A stretch of DNA of 60,493 nucleotides, the filler included, from Hausera hauseri (taxonomy: Eukaryota), in assembly GCA_046269625.1 (NCBI GenBank). It is 11 parts of 11 records of this genome, joined end to end, with 100 filler letters (N's around TTAATTAATTAA, not from the genome) between each part and the next. Parts side by side here need not be neighbours in the genome. Positions count along the whole stretch, not along the records: positions 12,400 to 16,378 come from JBJURY010842746.1; positions 16,479 to 20,894 come from JBJURY010592445.1; positions 20,995 to 25,429 come from JBJURY010582334.1; positions 25,530 to 31,059 come from JBJURY010235518.1; 7 more parts are not named here. One strand, written 5' to 3'. The translations under genes were made by a program, and so were the position numbers. Below are positions 12,300-26,049 of this stretch, in pieces. Within the stretch, counting starts at the first letter, position 1; every line of letters starts with the position of its first letter. Under the pieces are notes generated by a model, which saw only the letters and a list, made by a program, of their open reading frames with translations, was not told the origin of the DNA and did not search any database.

Positions 12300-12399
12300 N
12301 NNNNNNNNNNNNNNNNNNNNNNNNNNNNNNNNNNNNNNNNNNNTTAATTAATTAANNNNNNNNNNNNNNNNNNNNNNNNNNNNNNNNNNNNNNNNNNNN

Positions 12400-15300
12400 G
12401 CCTACCCTCTACCATTAATCAACGATATCCTTCACAGGCTCCATGGTTCGACCATTTTTCCTGCATTGATTTACACAAAGCATACCATCAAATTCCGGTG
12501 GCCCCAGCAAACATTCCGAAAACGGCTGTTATTACACCTTTCGGCCTTTTCGAATACCTATTTATGCCTTTTGGACTTCGTAGCGCTTCCCAGACCTTCC
12601 AAAGGCACATAGATACAGTCCTATCAGGTTTAGACTTCTCCTATCCCTATATTGATGATATCTTAATTGCATCACCTTCCTCGAAGCAACATTCCAAACA
12701 CTTACGTTTGATCTTCTGGCGCTTGCACCAAAACAATTTGCAAATTAATTTCGCAAAATGTTCTTCTTTCAACACAAGGTCAACTTTCTAGGACATGTTA
12801 TTTGCTCTTCCAGATATTCACCTCAGCCAGAGCGCACCACACAGCTCAAAACCATTTAGCTACCACGTACATCAACAGAGATGCGTTCTTACCTCGGAAC
12901 GTTGAAATTCATTCATAAGTATGTTCCATACTGCTCCACTCTAACCGCTCTATTTGCATCACTAAGCTCTGACAAGAATAAACGGCCTATTCAATGGACC
13001 GCCAAGCTAGTTAACGCTTTCGATCACCTCAAAGACAATCTAAAAACCGTAGAAATCCTAGCCTATCCGGACTCCCATGCAGAACTTTTTCTAACCATGG
13101 ACGCATCCATAACAGCTGCAGGTGCTGTCCTCCATCAAGTAAAAATGGATCCCATGAGCCATTAGATTTCTTCTCTCAAAAATTCACGGCACAAGAGCAA
13201 AGATATTCCACTTTTGACCGAGAGTTGCTTTCAATGGTCCTTGCCGTAAAACATTTTAAACATCTACTAACTGCACGAACTTTTACAATGGAAATGGACC
13301 ACAAGCTCTTGCTTCAAATTCTCACCGTGAAATCGCCTCCTCCACGTCAGGAGAGACAAATGTCGTATTTGTCCACATTTAATTTTGTAATTAAGCACCT
13401 AAACGGAGTCAACAATTTAGTGGCTGACTTTTCGTCCCGATCGGTCATCTCGATTGATTTTACACCAATTTTTCTCAATCCAAACTTCAATAAAACTAGC
13501 CACCTCCTGACATCCTTAAATCTTTTAAATCGTGTAAAACCATCAACGGTGTGGCCTTTGACACCTCCAAACCTAATAATCCTAAAGTCATTGTGGTACC
13601 CACATTGTAGTCAATCTCCAAAATGAAATAATTGAAATTTTATGTAAATGTTATATGTTTAAGTTTCGATATTTTGATGAAAATTTGAACTCATCTTCAG
13701 TGTCAACTGTTAATAGTAAACCGCCTTATTTTAAAATTTCTGAATACAATTATAATTTAGAATGAAATAAAAAACTAACAATAAACGAAAACCAATATAA
13801 CTTCGCGCTTGGATATAATTGCAGTATCAAGCTTCTATTGTTTGCTATCTTAAAACAACAAATAACAAGCGGTAACCTGATTACAAAAACACGCCGACTC
13901 AAAATAAAAAAGGAATTGCTTAAAAAGGGAAATTAACAAGAAAGCAAAGAAACTTTAAATTACACGAGCAATCATTTTAATTAACTGTATAAATACTGCT
14001 CAAAGGCAAATTACCGCAAACAATCAAAAAGCGATTTGAATAAGCCAAGATATGATCTAGTATAAAAAAGATTTGGAAAAGACGTAAGTCTCATCAAAAC
14101 CCTGTTTGTGTACATGATTTCTGATTAAGCATTCAAAAAATAACATTCTGATTAGACTTCGACAAAACCAGCCACCTCCTGACATCCTTAAATCGTTTAA
14201 ATCGTGCAAAACCATGGACGTTGTGGCCTTTGACACCTCCAAACCTAATAATCCTAAAGTAATCCGTTCTGATTCGCTTCAAACGGAAGCATTCAACAAC
14301 ATCTATTCGTTACACCATCCTGGTGCCAAGGCCACTTTTCGACTCTTACAACACCAAGTAGTATAGCCGTCAATGCGCTCTGACGTGCAGGCATAGGTTA
14401 TGCAGTTTGTGGCATGCCAAAAATACAAAGTTTCTAAGCACTTAAAGCCACCACTATATCATTTTCCCTGCACGTCTCGTTTTGAATCTGTTCACATCGA
14501 CCTTGTAGGCCCACAACCTCTAGACAACGGACATCAGTTTATCCTCACAATTATGGACCGTTCTTTGCGATGGCCAGAGGCTGTCCCGCTGCAGAGTACC
14601 AACACAGAAACTATCGCAGACGTTTTCATCCGCACTTGGATCAGCAGATTTGGATCACCTCGCCACTTCATTTCGGACCAAGGTCCACAGTTCGAATCCA
14701 ATCTGTTTAAAGCTCTTGTCAATTGATTGGGAATTAACCACATTCATACGTCACCATATCATCCTCAATCGAATGGCTTTCTGGAACGCTTTCACCGAAC
14801 GATGGAAACGTCTCTCAAAATCCTTTGCTGAGTCCAGTCGCAGTTGGACTACATTCCTTCCGTACGTTCTGATTGGCTGGCGGAACACACCATCTACTTC
14901 TACAGGCTGTTCATTTGCAGAAGCATTATTTTGCACTTCTATCAGATCATTATTCGAACTGGCTGAGTTGGACAATACTCCTACAGACGAAACCATACAA
15001 GCGACACAAAAACACTTCATTGAGATCAGCAAATACTCATTTTGCAGACAATTACACGGAAATAAACCTTACATTCCCGACGATTTATGTGCTGCCAAGT
15101 TCGTATGGCTAACAAATCAGACGCCATGTGGTTTTCAACCTCAGTATGTCGGCCCTTACAAAGTAATTCGTTTACACTCCCACAATATCATCATCCTCAA
15201 AGATGACAAAGAAGTAAAAGTCACATCAACAACGCCAAACCGGCCTTCTTCATTGACGATACGTCTCCCATCGAAACCACTTCTCCACCAAAGAATCAAA

Positions 15301-16378
15301 CAATGCACTCTTCATACTGCTCAATTTCTTAATCCACTTTTACCTACACTTTTTCCCAAAATTTATACTTCAATTTCTTCTCACAATTCAGCCTCTTTTT
15401 CCCCGTCCGATTTTGCACTTTCTGGCCTTTTCACACTTTTTTCATCCCCTTATAACAACCTGCTTTCTCCTTTTACAGTACTTCCGCCATCAAACATTAC
15501 TTTGACTTCACCAATCTCTCCATCCATTCGTTTCATCATTCCAACCTCTTGCACACCGCCTTCCAATTACTTTTCTTTGCATTCTCCATCTTCTTTCTCT
15601 CCTCCGTTTTGTACCTCTTTGCAGTTTCTCTCTTTTTTCGCCTTCCACACCTTCCTCATCTTCGGTGCTTTCTTTCTTCCTTTCTCCTCACACATCGCCT
15701 TTTACCCCTTTCATTTCTGCTCCGCAACTTCCTCCTCTCTTTACATCTATCCCTATCTTTCTTCCTCTCTCTACCACTACCTCTGTTTCATCTTCCACTT
15801 CCACTCTGTCACACAATTCAATTCAAACTTCTACTCCAACTCTTTTCTCTTCCTTTATCCGCCACTACACCTTTTATCATTCCTCCGTCTTCTAACACTC
15901 TCTTGAATACATTTAACCATCTGTCATCAACAATCTCATCCTCCTTCACCTTCTTCTTCTTTTCTTTCTTACTCGTCTTTGCATGACAAAACACTCACAA
16001 GATGCGATAATTTTTCCCCAACTTCAAACTCTGTAAGCAAACACACCGCAAAAAAAACAAAATATGCAGAGTCACATTCAGCAAGTATAGCAGGGAAAAA
16101 TCAGTAGAAGGTACCCAACGTATTGTCCGCACTAAGACCAACTGACATATACACTGTTTTGTTTAGCGCTTATTTCTTTCCATCTATTTTCGTCTTCATA
16201 ATTTTCACCTTGCCCGCAGGGGGTGATGTGGTGCCAACAGCAGCTGGTGCCCCTTGGCCCATTTGGTTGGGCACGGCCGGGCCTCCGTTGCCGCTGCGTT
16301 GGGCCCATAGGCAAATCTTGATCTTATGCCCTGAAATGTTTGGTTCTAAAATTCCTCTGAGTGTTGAAATCGACTTTC
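12400..16378 (+). mobile_element. Gypsy family A copy: RT (YIDD), RNase H, integrase, S/P/T-rich tail, PPT and 3' LTR from 16227
   Basis: KTAVITPFGLFEYLFMPFGL, YIDDILI, MDAS, DHK, NLVAD, HIDLVGP, SDQGPQF; GGGGGTGA|TGTGGTGCC junction. Confidence 0.93.
13606..14164. mobile_element. ~560-bp AT-rich insertion, solo-LTR-like (TGT...ACA)
   Basis: It interrupts pol. The ends TGTAGTCAATC and GATTAGACTTCGACA are imperfect inverted repeats, and it is flanked by a ~97-bp duplication of pol sequence. Confidence 0.5.
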
Positions 16379-18289
16379 NNNNNNNNNNNNNNNNNNNNNN
16401 NNNNNNNNNNNNNNNNNNNNNNTTAATTAATTAANNNNNNNNNNNNNNNNNNNNNNNNNNNNNNNNNNNNNNNNNNNNGTTAAAACCCTTGATGGGTATC
16501 ACCACCACTCCTGCAGATTGTAAATCGTTGTTATTTAAAGTGGCAAAATAATCAATTAATAAGATTATAACGAAATAACTAACATTTATATAGAATATGA
16601 AATAGGAAATGCACAGGTACAGGTACATAATGTACAAATGTCGGTGCATATAAAATGCGCAAAATTACTGTAAAATAAAATAACAAAATTTAGTATTAAT
16701 TAACGTATATATTTTCGTTAATTAATAGGTACAAACCTAAAGGACAAGTTTTCTATAGGCGCCGATCGGTTTGGTTAATTGCCTGTAGGCAAATTTTAAA
16801 ATTCAAATTTGTACAGCAACGTCTGAAGACAATTTTAATAATTGCAAATCCAAATTCCATGGATGCCTGGAAACTAATCTTGATCCAATTTATAAAATTA
16901 AAATTCAAACCACGGACCTGCGTGAAATGCCCGGGAATCGATTATGATTCAATTAAAAAATAAATATCAAATCTCCGGTTTACACAGAGAAGCCCAAAGA
17001 ACAATTTTCACAATGCGTGGACAAAAGAACTGAGGGGGTGGCGTTCTTTGGAGGACGTTGTAATCCTCTTCCAACCAACTAGGGGTCTGGGGACCATAAA
17101 ATATCTTATTGAATATACAATATAACATTAAAAACAAAGATAAAGAAGATGCATCTAAAAACTCACACATGTAGGAATCCAATATGTACCTGTGTGTTCC
17201 GTTATGACAAAGCTAGAAGTTTAGAAACTGTGACGTCATGGGCACCGTGGCACGTGACACATCAAGTATGGGAAGCCGATGGAAAATTAAATACATCAGT
17301 TCGTTGGGTATTTGGGTAGGCAGACTGACTTGCATTACGCGATATTACTGAAGATCCAATGGTCGCCTCGATTTGAGGGTTGAGAGCGAAACATTCCTGT
17401 AAATATTAAAACCCCGAGAATAGTCCAAAAAATACGTACGCCTTTGACTGCTACTTTTGATTGAACGTGGTCAAAGAAACTTGCAGCTCAAAAATAGTTT
17501 TCACTTCACATTTTGGATATGAATAAAATGATGAATTCGATAGAAAACCTTTATTGTTCATCATAGTACAATATGTCAACGCTAAAAATTTATTATGAAA
17601 GTGTTTTGGTAAATACAAACCATTTATAGAAACAACTTTATTACAAACAGCATAAAAGAGGACGGGTGGATTGACCAAATGACGATTTTTGTACGGCACT
17701 TGTACGTTATAAATTAAGTGAAAGAAATAAACGAATATGTTACAATTATACACAAACAGAGAAACATCTATATATAGGGATTATTGATACTTCCATACTA
17801 ATTTAAAAGATCACAAATATAACCATTCAACATTTTAACAAGAACACTCGAAATAGTTTTATTGTACATTCTGATAACTGATATGTTCAGTAATTCCGGA
17901 CAATGAATCAACATCAATCAAATAAGTGTTTCCGCAACTTTTAAATCTTCATTTTTGATGGATAATGATACAAATTGTTTGGATGTCTTATTAAGACGAT
18001 TTTTAAGTCCATTTTCTATGGCTTACTTGTCAGCTAATCTTTTTTAAAATTTCGAATTTCTTTCATTAGTATTTTGTTTTCGGCTATTAATAATAATTTG
18101 TGTTTTCTAAGTCATACTTCCTTCACTGATTCGAGAACTCATTCTATCTGTTTAACCGATTCTTGTTCGACATCAGTAAAATCATTTTTACTTTCTCCGC
18201 ATGGGAATAAATGAGAATAAATTTGATTGTTTTATACACAACGCCGAGTTTATCGACGCTCTCTGCATATATTTTGTTGATCTTGCAAC

Positions 18290-20894
18290 TTTCGAATACT
18301 GGACTGCTTAATTGGATTCGAGCGGTTGCGTGATAGCGACTGCAGCAAAGAAAACCCGAGGGAGGAATAAAAAGTCCGGCCAACGGCGCCACCAGCGTGA
18401 AACAACGCACTCGGCTGTGTCCGGCCGAAATGGGCCGCGGGGCAACAAAGCATGTGAACACCACATCACCTACCGTGATAAAATGAAAACTATAAAGCGA
18501 AGAACAATAGAGACAAAAAACGCACAAAGGAATAATAGTTGTATCCTATTCGGTTTTTTATGTATCAGCCGTTGTATTTTATCTACATGTTGCTCTCTAC
18601 TTACTGAAAGTAACTCTGCATGTTTTGTTTGTTTGCCTTAAGTTTGACTGCAGAGGTGTAAGTTGAAGGAAAAATCCGAATTTACCGTAGGAACTGTTTT
18701 AATTGTTAAAGATGAAGGTTGCAAAGGAAAATTAGCTGAAGGTGAAAAGAAGAAGGAAGATAAGGTAGATAGGAAGGGTGGAGAATTTGAAAACGATTGA
18801 AAATTTGAAGAAGACTGAGGAAAAACATAAAGTGGGACAGAAATAGAAGAAAGCGTGTTTGAAGAAGATGCAAGATGTGAGGAAAGTTGAAGATTTGAAG
18901 AAAATTGAAGAGACGAATCAGGAGGAAATTTATCTTCAAGTAAAACTGGATCAGTTGGCAGGGTGAAATTGGTTGAGTTAGATGGAAATGGAGAAGTGTA
19001 AAAAGAACCAAGAGAAATGCAGTAGAGTTGTGTTGGTTTTGCTATCTTCAGGAGTATCGTCAACGAAGAAAGACGTTTTTAAGTTTGTGATGTGAACAGC
19101 TTGTTCTTTGCCGCTCTTAAGAACCGTGGCAGTGTGAGAAGACAATGCAAGGAGTTAGAATGACCCAACGTACTGTGGTTGAAAACTACAAGATGAAGGA
19201 TTACAAAGCCAAACAAACCTAGCGGTATAAAGATCATTAGGTATATTTGTCTTGTTGTTGTTTACAATTTTACGAAATGGGTCTTTGTTTAATGTCACAA
19301 AGTGATTTTGCGCATTTCGAATTAACTCATATGTTGGCGTGTTATCTATATCAGTTAATTCATATAGCGCTCATATAGGTGTGCCAAACAATGTTTCAGC
19401 TGGTGCACAGCACGCAGTTGTAGAGGGTGTGTTACACCAACCGAGCAGGACCAGTGGAAGGAGAGATGCCCAGTTACTGTGTGATTCAGCAAGGATTATG
19501 AGTGAGGTCTTCATTGTGCGGTGGAATCAAGTAAACCTTTCGCTAGGGGATGATATGGAGAAGTGTGTATGTGTTTGATCTCCAAGCTACTGACTAAGGA
19601 TTTAAAGAGATTTGACTCGAATTGTGCACTTTGGTCCGTGATGATGAAGCGAAATGAGCCAAATCTGCCAATCCAAGTTTTGATAAAGACCTCAGCGGTG
19701 GTGTCCGTGTTGGTGTAGCGTAATGGAATGGCCTCTGGCCATCGAGAAGCACGGTAATGATGGTCAATATGAATTGATGGCTCTTATCTGGACGAGGAGA
19801 GCCGACTAGGTCAACATGCACGGACTGGAAACGCGACGTACAGGGAAGTGGTATAGTGGTGACTTCAGATGCTTGTTAACTTTAATCTTTTGGCATGTCA
19901 CACACTCCTTAACCCATGTCTGTACATCTGATCTCATCGACGGCCATATAACGTTGCGTTGAAGAAGTCGAAATGTTGCTTTGGCACCCGGATTATGAAG
20001 AGCATGAACGCTGTAAAATGCAGTTTTCTGCAAAGATGAAGAAGGTATTTGTTTGTAATTACCGGCTGTGGAGGTATAGTAAGCGATTCCCTCGATGATT
20101 TGGTGTGATCTGGAGGATTTAAGAATATTATGCATTGGCAGGTTTTGCTGAAGTACTGCCTGTGAAAAAATCGGAATGACTTCTATGATATTAACTGACC
20201 ATGACAAAAAATCGGCAAATAGATTGTCAGTGCCGGAAACATGTACAATTTTAAAACTGAATGTCAACAAGTATGATATATGACGTTCTTATCGAGGTGA
20301 CGGAATTTTCATGTCCATTATACGAAGCAAAGGTTTGCAGTCTGTTTGGATGGTAAAAGACCTGACGATTCACAGATGCGGGAAGTACTTTAGAGTTAAT
20401 ACTATAACTAGGGTCTCTCCGTGAAAAGCTAAATAACTACATTTGGGAGGTGTTAATTTACGAGAAAATGATTCCAAAGGCTCACTGATGTTATTGGATG
20501 TTTGATGCAGTATTGCACCAACCACTGTGGTAGAGGCATCTCTGGTTAGTATTAATTCTGAATCTGGTTCGGGATAAGCTAGTATTTCGACCGTTTTTAA
20601 ACCTTCGCATAGATGGTCAAATTGGTTGATAAGTTCAGAGGTCCAGTGAATTAACTGTTTCTTCTTTCCAGGCGAAAGAAATCAGAAAGGTCTAGTTAAT
20701 TCGGAACAGTGTGGCATATATTTATGAACTAAGTGAAATGTGACAAGAAAGGAGCGCATCTCGGTTGCTATCAGTGGCAGTTGTGTGTTTTAGCTGAGTT
20801 ATGCGGTCTTGTTGAGGCGAGTGGCCACATTGCTGATGACTTGATCAAGAAAGTTGATTTTTTGTTTGGAAAAAGAACATTTAACAAAGTTGAC
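18290..20894 (-). mobile_element. Gypsy family A copy: RNase H-integrase-tail-3' LTR (LTR starts 18465)
   Basis: DAST, QTDCKP, DNLFADFLS, HNPGAKAT, CVTCQK, HVDLVG; GGTGA|TGTGGTG junction. The left boundary is approximate. Confidence 0.9.
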
Positions 20895-21743
20895 NNNNNN
20901 NNNNNNNNNNNNNNNNNNNNNNNNNNNNNNNNNNNNNNTTAATTAATTAANNNNNNNNNNNNNNNNNNNNNNNNNNNNNNNNNNNNNNNNNNNNTTTCAA
21001 TAACATTAAAAAAGCTCATTAAATGTATAACCATTGAAGAAAGTCTTTACTGCTACTAAATATTTAACCTTTTCATACAGTATTTAAAAAATTAAAAGAT
21101 ATTGAATTTTCCTACATAAGCATGATTAAATTTTTTATTATTAAATTTACTTAAAAAACAGTAAAATACTTCAAAATATGATAAAGCATTCTTACTTTAA
21201 TATAAAAAAATAACAAAATTTAAAAGTTGAAGTACCGAAAACAATTTTATAATAAATAATGCATCCCCCCCCCCCGAAAAAAAAAACAGCCCGGGGAGGG
21301 GGGGGGAGATGAGCAGCTACCCGGGCAGCAAATTTCACAATTCTGATAAGTGGTGTATTGAATTTAGCCCAATCAGCTATTTCACTGCTTAAAGATGATT
21401 CATGAGATTCAATAAATTTCCAAATCTCATTTTTTGTTATTCGACATTTTTAAGACATTGGCCTACTTTACTATCTATTACACCATGCATACTAGCAATT
21501 TCTTTCTTCCTATTACCCAGTATTTTTCTATATCATTGTTATTATTCTTTTGAGACCTTCCTTTTCAATCATCTGTTAAAGCACTCTCAAGACTCATTTC
21601 ATGTCTTTTTTTCAAATTCTCCTGCAGAATTTGAAATTAAAAATGTTCTTCATTTTTAATGTTTTGGTCACTTTCTTTCTTTTAAAGTTTAAAGGGCCAG
21701 CCCCTGTACCCCAATTGGTCCAAGATGTAGTTACTTATAATTT

Positions 21744-22127
21744 TTAAACCATATCTCCATCTCTTCCTTGTTTTTGAAGTTCTTCTGTTTTCATGCATGT
21801 GTTTGTTATGTACTGTTTTTTGTCTTTCCTGATTTCTCTTCTGATTTTTCTGGAGCAGATTCTATATTTTTCGCTGTTGCGTTTCGCCCCTTCTCGCTTT
21901 AATTTTCTTCTTTCTTCAATGAGTTTCAGTGTTTCATTAGTGATGTAGTTCTGTTTCTTCTGGATTTTTCTTGGTAACAGGTTTTGTGCTGTTGAAATGA
22001 TGACTTCTCTTGCGTGCGTGGCTAGCTCATCAGGTGTCATGTCCTCTTGTATTGCCATTAAGATTTCAAATTTGTTTTGGACTTCGATGTTGTATTCTGG
22101 TGGTATGCTCTTCAGATCATATCGAAT
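21744..22127 (-). mobile_element. RTE-clade (BovB-like) LINE fragment, endonuclease-RT linker region
   Basis: RYDLKSIPPEYNIEVQNKF...PDEL...ITNETLKLIEERRKLK...IRKDKK...C..EE..QG parallels the RTE/BovB linker RYDLNQIPYDYTVEVRNRF...RRDKK...C..IEE. Confidence 0.75.
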
Positions 22128-22129
22128 TG

Positions 22130-23692
22130 CCATAGATGAGGAAAATTTACTGAGGCGATTCAATCTACGGGCGGGAAGAGAGGACTTCAGAGAGAGCATG
22201 ACAATGGAAGAACCAATGAAGATAGCGCATCTCAGAACTCAGCCGAGTCACGACCAACGTAAAGACAGATCTTATATGAGCAGTCACGACTACGAAGTAG
22301 TAGCACAACAAACCCGATGTTAAAGATGCGGAAGAATCGGTCATAAAATCAGACAGTGTAAGTAACAAAAAACAGAAATATCAAGTGCTTCAACTACGGT
22401 AGAGATGGCCACATAGCCAGACAGAGTCGAGCGAATGCTGAACAGGCCCAAGTCATCGATCAGAGATCAGACAGGACACAACAGCAGATAAAGACTAAGA
22501 TACAGGGAAACGCCTCGCCTGCTATGTAGAGGGTTCAAAAAATTCAAAATAGACACAAAAAGAGCCCAACAGCAAACTCATCAACAACGATAGAAACAGC
22601 AGGAAATAGCAAAAAATGTTTACAGAAGGGAATAAAAAATGAAATAGAAACTAAAACGATCAATTTGGCGGGCGACCCAAGCTCACGTGTACTAAGAATT
22701 GGAAAGAGAAGACTGTGAAGCCTAGTGGACACAGGGGCAGAAGTAAGCCTAAAAAGCGAACGAATATATCGATTAACAAAGGACAAGTCGAGTCATTCCC
22801 TGGAAAGCAAATTTACAATCTGTATCCGGAGAAAACCTGGACGTAATGGTATCAACAAAGATACAGTTCAAAATAGGAAATGGAAGCTTAGAACACTTAT
22901 TTTATATAGCACGAAAAATGAATCGGTCGATGATTTTAGGTCGAGATTTTCAAGTGGAAAATGGAGCTCGGTTGTATTTTGACCAGCATGAAGTAAAGAA
23001 TCAGAGACTGCTATACAGATTTAGAGGATGATATGCATTTTGCTGCAATAGTGAGAAATAAAAGAAACACAACAATGAAACCGAACACAGTAAATATTCT
23101 CCTTGGTAAAGTAAAACAAAGCGAATACTTTGAGGAAGTTGAAACAATCAATCAAACAGAACTAGGTGAAGGTGAAATAATACAAGAACCGGTATAGATG
23201 GTATAGGGCTAATAAATAAGAAGTGGAATGTTCCTGTAATGGTTTGTAACAATACAGATAAAACAATAACATTAAAAAGAGGATGTGTGATAGAGAAAAT
23301 TTATAAATATGACCACAGCAACGAAGGAAACAATGACCAGCATCAAGATGCCGACATTGACAAAGCCACAGCTGCGAGAGCTCAGACATGGGGGATAGAA
23401 GACAAAAACAACCAAGAAAAAAATAAATCAAGTAGATTTAAACGGACGGAAACAAACACCAACTCGCATGCAACACAGACAGCAAATGCTGCAGGAGATC
23501 ACACAATGGTGTCAAAGTTATGATCAACACAACCAGTATAGAGCGTCTGACGTTCTTACTAGTTCTCAAGAAAAGATAGAAGAAAACTCTAATAAAAAAG
23601 CAGACAAAGAAGAAAGAATCAAAGAGCTTCTAAGACAACTAAAATAAGACTCTGAAAATAGAGAAAGAGTTGAAGAATTTATAAAGAAATAT
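22130..23692 (+). pseudogene. Gypsy family B gag C-terminus (two CCHC knuckles), protease and linker
   Basis: C*RCGRIGHKIRQC (22318), CFNYGRDGHIARQS, LVDTGAEVSL (~22725), MILGRDF. Confidence 0.85.
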
Positions 23693-25429
23693 TTGGATGC
23701 TTTTGCCATATCTGACCTTGAGTTAGGTAGAACAACAACAGTAGAAATGGAAATACAAACCGAGGATCATAAACCTATCAGCTTGAGACCTTACAGAGCC
23801 CCCCTAAAGAATCGGGAGATCATAGAAAAAGCTATAGACCAAATGTTAGCAGCAGGGGTTATCGAACGGATCAGGTCAGAATGGGCCTTCCCGGTTGTGA
23901 TCGTGACCAAACGTGATGGAAGTCACCGTTTTTGTGTAGACTATCGTGCCTTAAACGCAATTACAGCAAATGTTTCATATCCCATGCCCCTAATTGATGA
24001 CATCCTCGGGGTCCTACATCAGTCTCAATACTTTACCACGTTAGATGCCAGAAGTGGTTTCTGGTGTATACCAATGACACCAGATGCTAAGAAGAAAAGT
24101 GCATTCTGCACCCACATGGGCAGTTTTGCTTGGAACGTGATGCCCTTTGGGCTAAAAGGCTCCCCAGCGACATACATGAGTTTAATGAATAGAGTCCTGG
24201 AGGGTATGCAAGGATATGCAATGGCATACATCGATGATATACTGATCCACACAGGAGGTGATGTAGAGGATCACCTAACGCACGTAGAAAAAGTCTTTGA
24301 GAGATTACGGCTACACAGGGTAAAGCTGAAGCTCAGTAAATGTTCCTTTCTTAAAAAAGAAACGAAATACCTGGGGTTTGTTATCACCAGGAACGGCGTC
24401 AAACCAGATGAAGAGAAAGTCCAGGCGATCAGGAACATGGCTAGTCCATCAAAAGTAAAAGAAGTTAGGGGATTCCTAGGGACCTGCAGCTATTACAGAC
24501 GTTTTATACCCAACTTTTCGACGATTGCTGAACCACTCATAGAACTAACTAAGAAACACGCTAGATTCAAGTGGTCCAAATCATGCCAGGATGCTTTCAC
24601 ATTCTTAAAAGAGAGTTTGACAACAATCCCTCTTTTGGGGTACCCGGATATGACGAAAGAATTTATATTATACACCGACGCCAGTGATGTAGCCGTAGGT
24701 GCTGTCTTAGTGCAAGAGGCCAACGAAAATGAAGAAGGCGTATTGCCCGGTACGAAATGCGAGAAGCCAATATATTTTCTATCCCATAGGCTAAGTAAAA
24801 GTCAAAGGAAGTGGGCAACAGTAGAGAAAGAGGCCTTCGCAATACACTATGCTCTTCAAAAGTTCAACTTCTATGTGCATAACGCTAAAGTACGTATCAG
24901 AACTGATCATATGCCCCTTAAACAGCTGCTAACATCTGACGTCCAAAATCGCAGGATACAGACTTGGATACTTAACTTGCAGGGTTACAACACCCATATT
25001 GAATACATACCAGGTCCAGAAAATACGTGTGCTGATCTGCTATCCAGGGTTACATACACCTCAGACGGTGGGACAAGTGAACACGAAGCAAGTATTCCGG
25101 ATATAGATGATCGAACATTTGAAGTGAACATTATTAATTCATCACACAAAGAATTATACGAAGGTAACAGTCAGGATGAGGACGATAACCAAATCGTAGG
25201 CATACATGATGCACTGCCAGTGCAAATAGATCCTAAGAATGAACAGGACAATGATGAAGACATTCTCAAAATTAAGCAGCAATTAATGGAAGATGGAGAA
25301 AACGGGCAACGGCTTAAAAAAGAATTTATCATTTTACCAGAAGATGGCAGGCTATATCGAATCTCAAAAACAGAGGAAGGTAAACTTCAATTATACGTAC
25401 CGCTTCATCTACGAAAACTAGTACTACAA
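23693..25429 (+). CDS. pol: Gypsy family B pol: RT-RNase H, open to the contig end
   Basis: ~579 uninterrupted codons with PYR, SEWAFPVVIV, RFCVDYRALN, MPFGL, YIDD, YTDAS, EKEAFAI, TDH and ADLLSR. Confidence 0.95.
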
Positions 25430-26049
25430 NNNNNNNNNNNNNNNNNNNNNNNNNNNNNNNNNNNNNNNNNNNNTTAATTAATTAANNNNNNNNNNNNNNN
25501 NNNNNNNNNNNNNNNNNNNNNNNNNNNNNCTCGATAATTTGATTAATTGTTATTTGAATTGGTTGTTGAAATGAGAAGATCCACAATGTTAAATCCAAAT
25601 GACAATAAAATGACGGAAACAATAAAACAACGGATTAAAATTTTTGTATTTAAAAAAATTCAATAATCTATTTACAATCTTTACATTTATTTACACAAAA
25701 CAAATACAAAGGTTAAGAGCCCGATTAAGCATGCTTTATATAAAGTTGATGCAGTTGATTTCAAAATTTTCGATGAAAAATATGGCAAAACGGTTGTCAT
25801 GAAAATGATGTCCTCCTGTTTTATACTGCTGCCGATTTTGGCAAAATCATCAAGTATGATCGACGAAAATTCTAACCTTTTAAAAATACTATTTGTAGAA
25901 GGGTATATTGCCAACGTGTGAAATGACGTAATAATATCTTGAAATGATAGTCAATGGCCGAACGAGTTTGATTTAATAGACGATTTAATTGACGATTTTC
26001 TCACCTCTGTTGAAAAATTGCTGATCTTCTGTCTTATTCATTGAGAGAA

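Noticed and set aside
14650-15986. 418-aa and 145-aa hydrophobic ORFs as env or membrane proteins
   Set aside because: The F/L/S richness comes from the pyrimidine tract read out of frame after a frameshift in the integrase tail.
16479-18290. AT-rich region with short palindromes and a TGACGTCA site
   Set aside because: No recognisable coding motif, TIR pair or RNA gene.
21264-21310. C/A/G homopolymer cluster as a G-quadruplex or hairpin element
   Set aside because: It is a single low-complexity occurrence with no supporting context.
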